A stretch of DNA of 64,000 nucleotides, taken from positions 14,508,001 to 14,572,000 of the forward strand of contig OZ024765.1 in assembly GCA_964016885.1 (NCBI GenBank), written 5' to 3'. The position numbers and the translations under genes are program-made. The notes under the pieces were generated by a model, which was not told the DNA's origin, did no database searches, and worked only from the letters and a program-made list of their open reading frames with translations. Source of the stretch: Eledone cirrhosa (lineage: Eukaryota). Positions 42,907 to 57,866 of the stretch are shown one piece after another (the stretch's first letter is position 1; each line of letters starts with the position of its first letter).

Positions 42907-42947
42907 CGATGTACTAGTTTCAAGCTTATTAGCTATCGTCAGCACCG
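42907..42947 (-). ncRNA. Minimal type-I hammerhead motif (H3)
   Basis: Minus strand: CGGTG-CTGACGA-T-AGCT-AATA-AGCT-T-GAA-ACTAGT-A-CATCG. Stem I has 5 bp (one G-U), stem III is the palindrome ACTAGT and the triplet is GUA. Confidence 0.82.
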
Positions 42948-43022
42948 TATACCTTTCTGCCAGATGGTTGAACGTCCGAAAGTATATACTTTCCTTATGA
43001 AAATTAACGGCTGAGCAGCCTA

Positions 43023-43030
43023 ATTTGCAT
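43023..43030. promoter_or_regulatory. Octamer motif ATTTGCAT inside the H3 element
   Basis: Exact octamer about 76 nt upstream of the hammerhead in its sense orientation. Function is inferred only. Confidence 0.35.
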
Positions 43031-43288
43031 ATCGAGTGAGTTCAGTCGGCCAGTCGCACCGAAAACGATAAATGGAATGGAATGAAACGAAATTTCATTT
43101 CTCACTCTTAGTACGGCACTTACTTAAATGTAAGTATGTATGTATACGTACATACATATATGTATACAGACGTACAGTAGCATGTATATATATACATACA
43201 GGCACACATATATATATGCACGTATCAGTATATATATAGAATATATTGGTATGTACATGTGTATATATATATATATATATATATATTA

Positions 43289-43320
<32 letters not shown>

Positions 43321-43789
43321 TGTAGATGTATATGTTAATAAACACACACACACTTATATATATGTGTGTGTGTGTATATATATATATTAATACGCACACA
43401 TATATATATATATATATATGCACAAAACATCCACGCATACACATACACAAACTGTATATATATACAGATACATATAACTTCATATACGAACATGTCTTAA
43501 TGCATGCGAGCATATATTCACACACACATATATACATACATATACATATATGTATATATATATATATAACACACACATGTATACAGACATATACGAACAT
43601 ATACACACTCATATACACACATAAGTGGACGGTGCTGATAATATAGAGCGGAGAATGGGAATTCCATTGATACAATATATTCCAAAATGGCCGACGGTAA
43701 ATTTAGTGATATGCGACAAACAATGCTCCGATATATAACTCGTGTCCAGCTTTCTTCTCGCTGATAACGAGATGCTTTTAGATGGCTAA

Positions 43790-45090
43790 TGGTGGGGTGG
43801 TGGTGGTGGTGTGGTGGTGATCTTTTTGTGGTGGTGGTGTGGTGGTGATGTTGTTGTGGTGTTGGTGGTGGTGCTTGTGGTGGTGGTGGTGTTGGTGGTG
43901 GAGTAGTGGTGGTAGTGTTGGTGGTGGTGGTGGTGGTGTGGTGGTGATGTTGTTGAGGTGGTGTTGGTGGTGGTGCTTGTGGTGCTTGTGGTGGTGGTGG
44001 TGTTGGTGGTGGTGGTTGTGTTGGTGGTGGAGTAGTGGTGGTTGTCTTGGTGGTGGTGGTGGTAGTGGTGGTGTTGGTGGTTCGATGGTAGGTGATGATG
44101 GTGGTGGTGATGTCGTGGTGATGTTGTTGAAGTGGTGTTGGTGGTGGTGCTTGTGGTGGTGGTGGAGTAGTGGTGGTTGTGTTGGTGGTGGAGTAGTGGT
44201 GGTTGTGTTGATGGTGGTGGTGGTGGTAGTGGTGGTGTTGTAGGTGGTATGGTGGTAGTGGTCTTCTTGGTGGTGCTATGGTGATAGTGGTGGTGTTGTC
44301 GGTGGTATGGTGGTAGTGGTCTTCTTGGTGGTGCTATGGTGGTAGTGGTCGTGTTGGTGGTTTGATGGTAGGTGATGGTGGTGGTGGTTGTGTTGGTGGT
44401 TTCATGGTAGGTGATGGTGGTGGTATGGTGGTGGTGGTTGTGTTGGTGGTTTGATGGTAGGTGATGGTGGTGGTATGGTGGTGGTGGTTGTGTTGGTGGT
44501 TTGGTGGTAGGTGATGGTGGTGGTATGGTGGTGGTGGTCGTGTTGGTGGTTTGATGGTAGGTGATGGTGGTGGTATGGTGGTGGTGGTCGTGTTGGTGGT
44601 TTGATGGTAGGTGATGGTGGTGGTATGGTGGTGGTGGTTGTGTTGGTGGTTTGATGGTAGGTGATGGTATGGTGGTGGTGGTTGTGTTGGTGGTTTGATC
44701 GTAGGTGATGGTGGTGGTATGATGGTAGTGGTGGCGTTGGTGGTTTGATGGTAGGTGATGGTGGTAGTGGAATGGTGGTCGTGGTGGTGTCGGTGGTTTG
44801 ATGGTCGGTGATGGTGGATGTATGGTGGCAGTGTTCGTGTTGGTGGTTTGATAGTAGGTGATGTTAGTGGTATGGTGGTGGTATGTTGGAAGTGGTTGTG
44901 TTGGTGGTTTGATGGTAGGTGATGGTGGTAGTATGGTGGTAGGTGATGGTGGTGGTGGCGGTATGGTGGTAGTGGTCGAGGTAGTGGTTTGATGGTAGGT
45001 GATGTTGGTAGTATGTTGGGGTAGTATGGTGGTGTTATGGTGGAAGTGGTAATGGTGGTGGTATGTTGGGGTGGTATGGGGGTAGTGGTA
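43790..45090. repeat. (GGT)n-rich block with a ~50-bp unit
   Basis: GGTTTGATGGTAGGTGATGG recurs from 44359 to 45005. Confidence 0.9.
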
Positions 45091-45195
45091 TTATAAAACG
45101 GCTGATGATAACTAGATGACAGAATTTAGTGATGGTATATTTACTTTAACAACAAATTAAATGTTACGCAAAAAATGTTTTGCTTTCAACACAGT

Positions 45196-45294
<99 letters not shown>

Positions 45295-45298
45295 TATG

Positions 45299-45340
<42 letters not shown>

Positions 45341-45375
45341 ATATTTATATATATATATATATAGAATGAGAGAGA

Positions 45376-45406
<31 letters not shown>

Positions 45407-45408
45407 GA

Positions 45409-45456
<48 letters not shown>

Positions 45457-45697
45457 TCGTATATATACATATATACATATATATAAATATATATATATAT
45501 TCGTATATATACATATATATACATACACACACATATATATACAATGCATTGAACTGTGTAAGTTTTATTTCATATACAGACATACAGCAATATATGTATA
45601 TACATATATATATGTATATATCTATATATACATCATATATATATATATATATAATCATATATACATATATATATATATCATATATACATATATAATC

Positions 45698-45731
<34 letters not shown>

Positions 45732-46074
45732 TATATATATATATAATCATATATACATATATATATATATATACACATCATATATATATATATATACATA
45801 TATATAATCATATATACATATATATATAATATATATATAATATACATATACAATATATATATGATATATATATATATCTATATATATAATATACATATAC
45901 ATCATATATATATATACATATATATAATCATATATACATATATATATAATATATATATAATATACATATACAATATATATATGATATATATATATATCTA
46001 TATATATAATATACATATATATATATATCTATATATATAATATACATATATATATATATATAAATATATATATA

Positions 46075-46128
<54 letters not shown>

Positions 46129-46764
46129 TATATCACCGTGTATATTTCAGTATTTCAGGTAGAACTATAAGAAGATGTTAGTGTTGACTGACTATCATGT
46201 GGGTTCTTGAGATATCTATCAAAATATAGACAACAATGTCCTTTTTATGTTTCTATTTCTCTTCTTTTTTTGTCTAGCGAATATTACAAAACATTTCCGC
46301 CTCGTTTCCCCTCGTTTCATCTCGTTTCACTCCGTTGCATTTCGTTCCACTTCATATCACTTTCAAAGCTTGCTATATCATTTGTCTTACTTACATTCAT
46401 ACTCTCTTCTTTCTCATTTTCACCTTAATTACCCTTTTTCTGTCTCCCCCCCTCTCTCTCTCTCTCTCTCTCGCTCTCTCTGTATCTCTCTAATTTTTCT
46501 GTTTATATATTTATTTTAGGACGTTATTTATTTACTTGTTTATTTACTTGTTTATATATTTGTTTTATGACGTTATTCATTTACTTGTTTATTTTTTTGT
46601 TTATATATTTATTATTTCACAGGCTTCAGTTATTAGACTGCGACCAGTCTGCAGCACCGTTTACAAGTGATTTAGTCGATCGTGTCAACTCCATTGCTTA
46701 TCTGTTTCAAATTCGGGTAAAATTTTGTCGACAACATAATCCCTAACAACAACGACAAGCCCGT

Positions 46765-46805
<41 letters not shown>

Positions 46806-47085
46806 TATATGTTTATATATATATACATATATCTATATATTAAAATAACAGATTAGAGTTTAAGCAAAGAATCGCTGCTTTCATCATTAACGGGATGTTA
46901 TGAAACTAAAAAAATCAATCTGTGAACGCAGAAGTAAATATTTCGAAAAACGTTGCAACCGAAGGAAAACAGGAAGTCAATAATTCGGCTCCCGAAGACC
47001 TTCCCTTGCAATGAATGGGAAAAAGCGAAGATAATACGTCGTGATGTGGAACGTTGAGAACAATTACACGCAAAAGAAAAAGTAT

Positions 47086-47249
47086 ATCACGGGTCCAATC
47101 GGGGGTAACCACAGTAAGTAAGGTACTCAATACATAGCAGTGTATAGATATTTAATTTAGAAATGGCTTCTACAGGATTAGAACGGGGCTTCCTGATGAT
47201 TCCTCCCGAATGAAACAGCTCTAGTCCTGTAGAAGCCGTTTCTATATTA
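47086..47249 (+). mobile_element. Family-P-related element with a hammerhead-like core in the hairpin loop
   Basis: GTACTCAATAC at 47123 is shared with family P. 25-bp arms at 47158-47182/47220-47244 enclose CTGATGA-TTC-CTCCC-GAA-T-GAAACAGCT. Confidence 0.65.
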
Positions 47250-47254
47250 ATTTT

Positions 47255-47287
<33 letters not shown>

Positions 47288-47396
47288 ATGTGTGTGTATG
47301 TGTGTGTGTGTGTGTTGAAACGACAAGAGCTCAGCCGTAGGGTCCCGACTATTTAATATATATATTTCTCCCCACCGCCTCTCTCTAATTCTCCCC

Positions 47397-47475
<79 letters not shown>

Positions 47476-47509
47476 GTATGTGTATGTGTGTGGATGTATA
47501 TACGCGTGT

Positions 47510-47680
47510 ATAAAAACTGAACGGTACAATATCGAAATATATTAGTTTACCACTTGATATAGTAGGAAAAGAGTATTTCGGTTTCGGACACTAGTCCTTC
47601 GTCAAAATTCAGAAGGAAGGATTAAAAATGAAATAGAAAGATAGAGAGTGAGAAGAGAAAAGAAAAGTAAAAACATTTTT
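47510..47680 (-). mobile_element. Decayed H1 element
   Basis: Minus strand TTGACGA-A-GGAC-TAGT-GTCC-GAAAC (47581-47605), followed by ACTCTTTTCCTACTATATCAAGTG. Confidence 0.7.
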
Positions 47681-47971
47681 CTAGCAAAAGCACGTGTGTG
47701 TAAAGCCAGATATTATGGAGAAAATACTGAATACTTCTTGTAGCGAATCAGTTGAGAAAGATTTTACTAATGAAATATTGGTATCTCTCTGTTATAGTGA
47801 AGATACTTGATCAAGGTGCCACACAGTGGGATTGTAATCAAAAGCACGTGTCTCACAAAATAGCAATCCTTGTATATACTAATTGCTTAATTACCTTCGT
47901 TATATATTTATTAATCAATCGATATAATTACCCTTATCTATGCATATACACACCTATTTGTGTGTGTGTGG

Positions 47972-48005
<34 letters not shown>

Positions 48006-48130
48006 GGGGGAGTGAAAGAGAGAGGGAGTGAAAGAGAGAGGGAGTGAGAGAGAGAGAGGGAAGGAGGGGATAGATATAGAGAGATACACACATACTTAAT
48101 TACAAAACTGCATACATATTCATACGTATA

Positions 48131-48195
<65 letters not shown>

Positions 48196-48295
48196 ATATA
48201 AACATATATATTAGTGTAAACATATATATATATATACACATATATATGTATACATACATATATATATATCTATAGATATACATACGTACATATAT

Positions 48296-48664
48296 ATGGT
48301 GGCTGCCAACTCGTTTTCGAGTACGGCCACTACTTTATATCCATGTAGGAGAACCCCTACCGATGCGCTGAACGAGTGTGACTTTTTACCCCAGCCAGCG
48401 ACTTGAAAACTCTGGTACAAACTTGTGACAATTATTGACACATAGTGCTGGGCCCATGGTACCATGTGACGACAAGTGCAGAGAGATCTCCAGATATAAA
48501 GCAATGCCTGTGCCGTGAAGCTTTTATAGTGAGCAAAGGCACTGCACAAAGCCAGTCCCACTCTCTTAACCAAGATGATATTTACCAAATAGAAGAACAA
48601 GTCAACATCATTGGATACTATCAGAGTTGCAGGTGTTATATCAGAGTTTTCCTTCTCTTAGAAT
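48296..48664 (+). mobile_element. Second, truncated copy of the 6205-6814 repeat
   Basis: Near-identical collinear sequence. Confidence 0.85.
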
Positions 48665-48675
48665 ATATATATATA

Positions 48676-48750
48676 TGTAAAAGGTAAACAGAAATTACAA
48701 CACAATCGCTTCAGTATATGGAAGGGATATATTAGGTTAACGATTGAAAT
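48676..48750 (-). mobile_element. H1 3'-end fragment, truncated before the hammerhead
   Basis: TGTAAAAGGTAAACAGAAAT...GGAAGGGATATATTAGGTTAAC. Confidence 0.78.
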
Positions 48751-48780
48751 TCTCTCTCTCTCACTCTCTCTCTCTCTCTG

Positions 48781-48816
<36 letters not shown>

Positions 48817-48930
48817 GGTGAGAAGATTGGAGGTAGTTAGCCAGATATATAGATATACATATATGTATATTTGCACAGAGAGGCAGACCCACATACATAC
48901 ATATATACATACATACATACATATATACAT

Positions 48931-48974
<44 letters not shown>

Positions 48975-48975
48975 G

Positions 48976-49008
<33 letters not shown>

Positions 49009-49030
49009 GTATATATACATGTATATATAT

Positions 49031-49077
<47 letters not shown>

Positions 49078-49225
49078 TGTATATATATACATACACACAT
49101 ACATATATATACATATACATATATATATGTATATATATACATATAAATATACATATATATACATATACATATATATATGTATATATATACATATAAATAT
49201 ACATATATATACATACACACATATA

Positions 49226-49268
<43 letters not shown>

Positions 49269-49615
49269 GTACATACACGTACATACTTGTTGCTATAATC
49301 ATATATATATACAAACAGGTAGTTAGCCCATTATTGGTTTACTGAGAAGGAAGGAATAAGAAGCAATGATTGGCTCCAAGAATTTCAGTACTTTGGCACG
49401 AGTCCGGAATCTTTATGTCCCACAGGCACTGTTCTTGCTTGTGTAATATACATACACACTTATATACACACGCAGAGACACATACACATATATATATATA
49501 TAATATATATACATATATACACACATATAGACCCATACAGACATAACGAGTTACATGTGTGTATATGTACACACACTTACATAGAGATACACACACAAAC
49601 TGATGTTGACAGATA

Positions 49616-49651
<36 letters not shown>

Positions 49652-50214
49652 CATACGCTGCACCTGCATATAAACATATATACATATATACATATACATA
49701 TATATATATATACATATATACATATATACATATACATATATATATATATCTACTATATATATACTATATATATATAGTATATATATATATAGTATATATA
49801 TAGTAGATATATATATAGTATATATATAGTAGATATATATATAGTATATATATATATAGTATATATATAGTAGATATATATATAGTATATATATATATAG
49901 TATATATATAGTAGATATATATAGTATATATATAGTAGATATATATATAGTATATATATATATATATATGTATAATATATATATATATGTATATATATAT
50001 AGTATATATATATATATATATGTATAGTATATATATATATATGTATAGTATATATATATATATATATGTATAGTATATATATATATATATATGTATAGTA
50101 TATATATATATATATGTATAGTATATATATATATATATATGTATAGTATATATATATATATATGTATAGTATATATATATATATATGTATAGTATATATA
50201 TATATATATGTATA

Positions 50215-50443
<229 letters not shown>

Positions 50444-50575
50444 TCGTATAAATCAATATTATTCTCGTGAAAATGTCCGCTGCCTGCCCTTTCGTGTACA
50501 CCCCCCTCCCCCCGCAACTCCACCACTACAGTCACCTATACAACTCCCATCTAATACCACTATTCCCCCAACGTT

Positions 50576-51023
50576 AATAATTGTTTCTAATTTAGGCTCA
50601 AGGCCAGCAAATTACCCAGTGCATTACTGGTACTTTATTTTATCGACCCCGTAAGGATGAAAGGCAAAGTTAACCTCGGCGGGATTTGAACTCAGAATGG
50701 CAAGGGCCGTAACTCTATGCGTCAAAGCATGGCGTCCGACCCTAATAATGGATTGGCAGTATCGGTAGAGGCTCGGACGCCATGCTTTGACGCATAGAGA
50801 TACGGCCCTTGCCATTCTGAGTTCAAATCCCGCCGAGGTTAACTTTGCCTTTCATCCGTACGGGGTCGATAAAATAATGTACCAGTAATGTACTGATTAA
50901 TTTTTTGGCCTTGTGCCACAAGTAGAAACAATTATTATTAATTGTTTCTACTTTTGGCACAAGGCCAGCAATGACACAGTGTATTACTGGTACTTTATTT
51001 TATCGAACCCGTACGGATGAAAG
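50576..51023. mobile_element. Zig-zag SINE A cluster (minus, plus, minus)
   Basis: Minus copy 50576-50743, plus copy 50749-50937 and minus 3' part 50938-51023. Confidence 0.9.
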
Positions 51024-51095
51024 ACACCACTAAAAGACTAACCAACAAAAGCAGTAGACGCATCTTCATCATGACAATGTACATACAGTATGTAT

Positions 51096-51173
<78 letters not shown>

Positions 51174-51182
51174 GTGTGTGTG

Positions 51183-51213
<31 letters not shown>

Positions 51214-51953
51214 AACTATGTATACATACATATATATATGTATATATAATACATTTAACTGCCATGTTAAATTTAAAATACATACATTTATATATATACA
51301 TACCTATATACACACATGCATATGTACATATACACATTTCTACACAGAATCATACACGCTCATACACATACATAAATAGATACATATATACAAACATATA
51401 TTCATAAAATCATACATACTTATATATGTATATATATATATATATATATGTGTGTGTGCGTGTGTACATAGTTACTATAAACAAGTAAATATATATATAT
51501 ACATATATACATATAAGCTTAAATACGTACAACCACAAACACTCATAGATACATACATAGACACACATATAAATAAACACACACACAATCATACACCATC
51601 TTTTCCAGCTCCACAACAACTACAACCACAACAACAACAACAGGAAAAGCTAATGGAAACAAAAAGAAAACGCAAGAAAATCTATAGAGATCTGCAAAGA
51701 CAATGAAACAGGCTCCATCGCTGTTGATGAGAGGCAAGAAGATGTCAAACTGCAAATGATATAATCCCCTATGTATTAATTCCAGTGGATTATCTCCCTT
51801 CCTTCTACCACTCTCTACTCTGTCGCTTATGTACCTATAGATGAACTGATACCCACAGATTTAAGTACGTATGTACGCATGTATATATATCTATATCTAT
51901 ACAGACACACACAGACATTCATATATACATACAAATATATATATACATATACA

Positions 51954-52015
<62 letters not shown>

Positions 52016-52077
52016 CACATATATACATATATATATACATACATATATACATATATATACAAATAGATACATACATA

Positions 52078-52109
<32 letters not shown>

Positions 52110-52234
52110 CATATACATATATATATATACATACATATATATATATATACATATATATATATACATACATATATATATATACATACATATATATACATAC
52201 ACATATATATATACATACACATATATATATACAT

Positions 52235-52285
<51 letters not shown>

Positions 52286-52392
52286 TACACATACACATAT
52301 ACATATATCTATTCACAATATAGTATTAATGTGTATATATATAAATATATTAATATATATATATATTTAAATATATATATATATATATATAT

Positions 52393-52944
52393 AGATAAAT
52401 CTACCAAGAGTTTACGGTAGTGTCCAATCCGTATGAAGAACTCAATGTATTCCGGATATCATGGAAAGAAGAGATGTAATGAAAAACCACTTTCGGTGAA
52501 AGATAAACGGTATACAGAGTCAAGATAAAATATTAAACAAATAATGAATAAACAATTCCTTATATTAAACAAAAAAAGTACATTATTTAACGATCGTTTC
52601 TAGGGTATATATGTGTTATAATTGGTATGCATATTCAACAGATCTATGTACAAAATTATACAAAATTATACAAATTATCAAGATTAAATATACATACCTA
52701 ACACATATATACGCCGTCTTCAGAAATAATTTATTATTATTATTATTGAAGACGGCGTATATATGTGTTAGGTATGTATATTTAATCTTGATAATTTGTA
52801 TAATTTTGTATAATTTTGTACATAGATCTGTTGAATATGCATACCAATTATAACACATATATACCCTAGAAACGATCGTTAAATAATGTACTTTTTTTGT
52901 TTAATATAAGGAATTGTTTATTCATTATTTGTTTAATATTTTAT
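52393..52944 (-). mobile_element. Palindromic hammerhead element, family H4, in (TA)n
   Basis: 198-bp arms at 52525-52722/52747-52944 with a 24-nt spacer and a 132-bp unique extension. (TA)n lies on both sides. Confidence 0.9.
52582..52730 (-). ncRNA. Type-I hammerhead motif with a very long stem II (H4)
   Basis: Minus strand: ATTATTT-CTGAAGA-[~116 nt self-complementary]-GAAAC-GATC-GTT-AAATAAT. Stem I is a perfect 7 bp, with a palindromic GATC loop 3 and a GUU triplet. Confidence 0.8.
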
Positions 52945-53002
52945 ATATATATATATATATATGTACATATATATGTATAAATATATATATATTTATGCAC
53001 AG

Positions 53003-53107
<105 letters not shown>

Positions 53108-53287
53108 CATGTGTGTTTGTGTATGTGTGCGTGTCAGAACATGTAGAGGCATCTATCAAGAAAGGAACATACCATTCAAAATAGTGGCTGGAAGTTAATA
53201 AATACAGCTTACCTATTCTACAGACACCTTGCCGTCTTTCAAAATGCAATGCTGTCTCGTCGTCTCACAGCACTGAAACACCTGAGA

Positions 53288-53340
<53 letters not shown>

Positions 53341-53553
53341 CTTTTATCCTTCTATGTTGTTCACTTGTCCCCCTCGCTTTACGCGATTTACTGGTCCCAA
53401 TAACTTTTTTTAGTTATTGCTCGCACCAACCTGAGGAATCTGATTTTTAATGCGATGAAATACCAATGATGGTTGGAAAATCACTGACGAAGGACTATTT
53501 TTATCATATGTGAACCCATGTGCAATCCACGCAGTATTCTTCTTTCTTCTCAT

Positions 53554-53597
<44 letters not shown>

Positions 53598-53601
<4 letters not shown>

Positions 53602-53790
53602 CAGGAATTGTGGTAAGGAACCAGATGGACCATAACGCACGAGAGTACTCAATACTTAGGGTAGTAGAGAGGGAAATAGGAAAAATTATGACCACGATGG
53701 CAGAGCTCAAGCCGTTTCCACGGCTATTTCTGTCCAGAAATAGCCGTCGAAACGGCTTGAGCTCTGCCGCCGAGGTCATACGTTTTCTAT
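53598..53790. mobile_element. Family P palindromic element
   Basis: Arms at 53687-53732/53735-53780, plus a tail ATAACAGGAATTGTGGTAAGGAACCAG...GTACTCAATAC. Confidence 0.88.
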
Positions 53791-53792
53791 AT

Positions 53793-53823
<31 letters not shown>

Positions 53824-53850
53824 AATATTATATATAAATATACATATATG

Positions 53851-53909
<59 letters not shown>

Positions 53910-53910
53910 G

Positions 53911-54150
<240 letters not shown>

Positions 54151-54329
54151 ATACGTAGTTACGAAAGCCACAACAATGCAGAGGGAAATCTCGAGGTAGG
54201 AAGTGAATGATAGATAGGAGAAACAGGAGAAAGTAAAAATTGAGAGAGACAAAGATGAAAACAAAACAAAGGTAGAAGGGTTACCGTAGTGGAGATATAT
54301 ATATATATACATAGGATATATATATATAT

Positions 54330-54366
<37 letters not shown>

Positions 54367-54426
54367 GTATATATAACGATATACATTAAAGTATATGTAT
54401 GGATGTATTAATATATGATGATGATG

Positions 54427-54468
<42 letters not shown>

Positions 54469-54614
54469 CAATGAACTATTTTTAATGATGTATAGACACA
54501 CATACATATACACGTATATGTGTCTTTATCGTATATACATATACATACACACACACGCACTCAGACACACATATATACGAGATATGTGTATATACAAAGA
54601 CACGCACACATACG

Positions 54615-54652
<38 letters not shown>

Positions 54653-54734
54653 CACATACATACATACGCACATTTCGATACACATATATATATACACAAT
54701 ATATATGTATATATACACACCCACATGTATTTAT

Positions 54735-54801
<67 letters not shown>

Positions 54802-55103
54802 TATATGTACATATACATACAGACACACACGTACGTATTTACACACACACACACATATATATATATATTTATACATATATTTATATATATGTATATATAT
54901 GTACATATATATATATATATGTGTGTACATATATATATATATGTGTACATATATATTTATATATATATAAATACATATATATATATACACACATACACAC
55001 ATATTTATATATATACATATACACACACATACACACATTTATATATATATATATACACACACATACACACATTTATATATATATATATATACACACACAT
55101 ACA

Positions 55104-55245
<142 letters not shown>

Positions 55246-55449
55246 CATATATATATATATGTGTGTACATATATATATATGTGTACATATATATTTATAT
55301 ATATATAAATACATATATATATATACACACATACACACATATTTATATATATACATATACACACACATACACACATTTATATATATATATATACACACAC
55401 ATACACACATTTATATATATATATATATACACACACATACATATTTATA

Positions 55450-55507
<58 letters not shown>

Positions 55508-55509
55508 CA

Positions 55510-55567
<58 letters not shown>

Positions 55568-55906
55568 ACCACATAACTGAGTAAATGTACGTATGTACGT
55601 GAATGTCTAGAAACATCTCCTTTCCTCAGGCTTGTGGAAAGTGAATAATTCATTTCATCCTTATGAGGGCATAACCTCCACTGCGCCCTCCGTCGCTCCC
55701 TCCAACCACCACTACACCAGCATCACTACCACCAGCGCCACCATCACTAACACTATTGTCTCAACGAGTAATTCTACTAGCAAACACTACCACCCGCCTT
55801 GTAATCCTACCATCACATCGACACCACCATCGACATGAAGGCTATCATTAAATCCACGAACACTATGTGTGTGTTTACACACACACACATACACACACAC
55901 ACATTG

Positions 55907-55938
<32 letters not shown>

Positions 55939-55945
55939 CATATAT

Positions 55946-56138
55946 ATAACGAAGGAAATATGGTAAGGAACCAGGTGGACCATAACGCACCAAAGTACTT
56001 AATACTTAGGGTAGTAGAGTGGGTAATAGGAACGAGTAAGACCCCGACGGCTGAGCTCAAGCCGTTTCGATGGCTAATTCTGTCGGCAGAATTAGCCGTC
56101 GAAACGGCTTGAGCTCAGCCGTCGGGGTCTTACTTGTT

Positions 56139-56143
<5 letters not shown>
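55946..56143. mobile_element. Family P palindromic element
   Basis: Arms at 56026-56082/56087-56143, plus an 80-bp tail. (TA)n lies on both sides. Confidence 0.9.
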
Positions 56144-56219
<76 letters not shown>

Positions 56220-56228
56220 CTCTCTCTC

Positions 56229-56286
<58 letters not shown>

Positions 56287-56304
56287 CATATCTCTCTCTC
56301 TCTG

Positions 56305-56362
<58 letters not shown>

Positions 56363-56396
56363 TATACATATCTGTCTCTGTATATATATATATGTA

Positions 56397-56450
<54 letters not shown>

Positions 56451-56472
56451 TATATATACATATCTGTCTCTG

Positions 56473-56503
<31 letters not shown>

Positions 56504-56526
56504 CCCTCTCTCTCTCTCTCTCTCTC

Positions 56527-56578
<52 letters not shown>

Positions 56579-56619
56579 TATATATATATACACATATATA
56601 TATATATACATATACATAC

Positions 56620-56652
<33 letters not shown>

Positions 56653-56705
56653 CATATATATATGTATATATATATATACATATATATATGTATATATATA
56701 TATAC

Positions 56706-56736
<31 letters not shown>

Positions 56737-56924
56737 CATATATATATATACATATATATATATATACATATATATATGTATATATATATATACATATATA
56801 TATACATATATATATGTATATATATATATACATATATATATATATACATATATATATATACATATATATATGTATATATATATATACATATATATATACA
56901 TATATATATATATACATATATATA

Positions 56925-56981
<57 letters not shown>

Positions 56982-56985
<4 letters not shown>

Positions 56986-57118
56986 TAGGGTGGACCATAA
57001 CCCACCAGAGTACTTGATACTTGCTGCAGTAGATTATGTAATTTGAAGTGATTCAAGGCCGCCGACGGTTGACCTTCGTATCTAGCTGTTGAAACGACCG
57101 GAGCCCAGCCGTCGGCGT
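56982..57118. mobile_element. Old family P element
   Basis: GGTGGACCATAA...GTACTTGATACTT, then GCCGACGGTTG ... GAAACG..CAGCCGTCGGC. Confidence 0.7.
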
Positions 57119-57132
57119 GCTGCATCTTTTCA

Positions 57133-57171
<39 letters not shown>

Positions 57172-57176
57172 TTATC

Positions 57177-57207
<31 letters not shown>

Positions 57208-57218
57208 TATATATATGC

Positions 57219-57264
<46 letters not shown>

Positions 57265-57484
57265 ATATATATACATATATATATACATATACATATATAT
57301 ATATATACATATAAATGAAGTAATTCCATCGGAAAAGTCCGTTGTTGTTTATTACATAATAATAATATATATATACATATATATATATATACATACATAT
57401 ATATATATATACATACATATATATATATATACATACATATATACATATACATATATATATATATATACATATATATACATATAC

Positions 57485-57535
<51 letters not shown>

Positions 57536-57712
57536 CTTATATATATATATACATATATATATACATATATAAATATACATATATATATACATATATAAAT
57601 ATACATATATATATACATATATAAATATACATATATATATACATATATATATATACATATATATATACATATATATATATACATATATATATACATATAT
57701 ATATATATAAAC

Positions 57713-57745
<33 letters not shown>

Positions 57746-57752
57746 CATAAAC

Positions 57753-57787
<35 letters not shown>

Positions 57788-57825
57788 CATATATACATAT
57801 ATGCGTATATCTATATATATATGCG

Positions 57826-57866
<41 letters not shown>

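Larger units (their letters stand above)
42624..43229 (-). mobile_element. Partial-tandem (direct-repeat) hammerhead element in (TA)n, family H3
   Basis: 42624-42787 is repeated at 43068-43229 (period 444). It has an internal hammerhead and (TA)n on both sides. Confidence 0.85.

Noticed and set aside
52611-52858. Mirror-image 80-aa ORFs
   Set aside because: They are a by-product of the palindrome.
53426-53500. CTGAGGA...GAAAT and CTGACGAAGGAC motifs
   Set aside because: The first lacks a valid NUH junction and the second lacks GAAA. They may be decayed, but this is unsupported.
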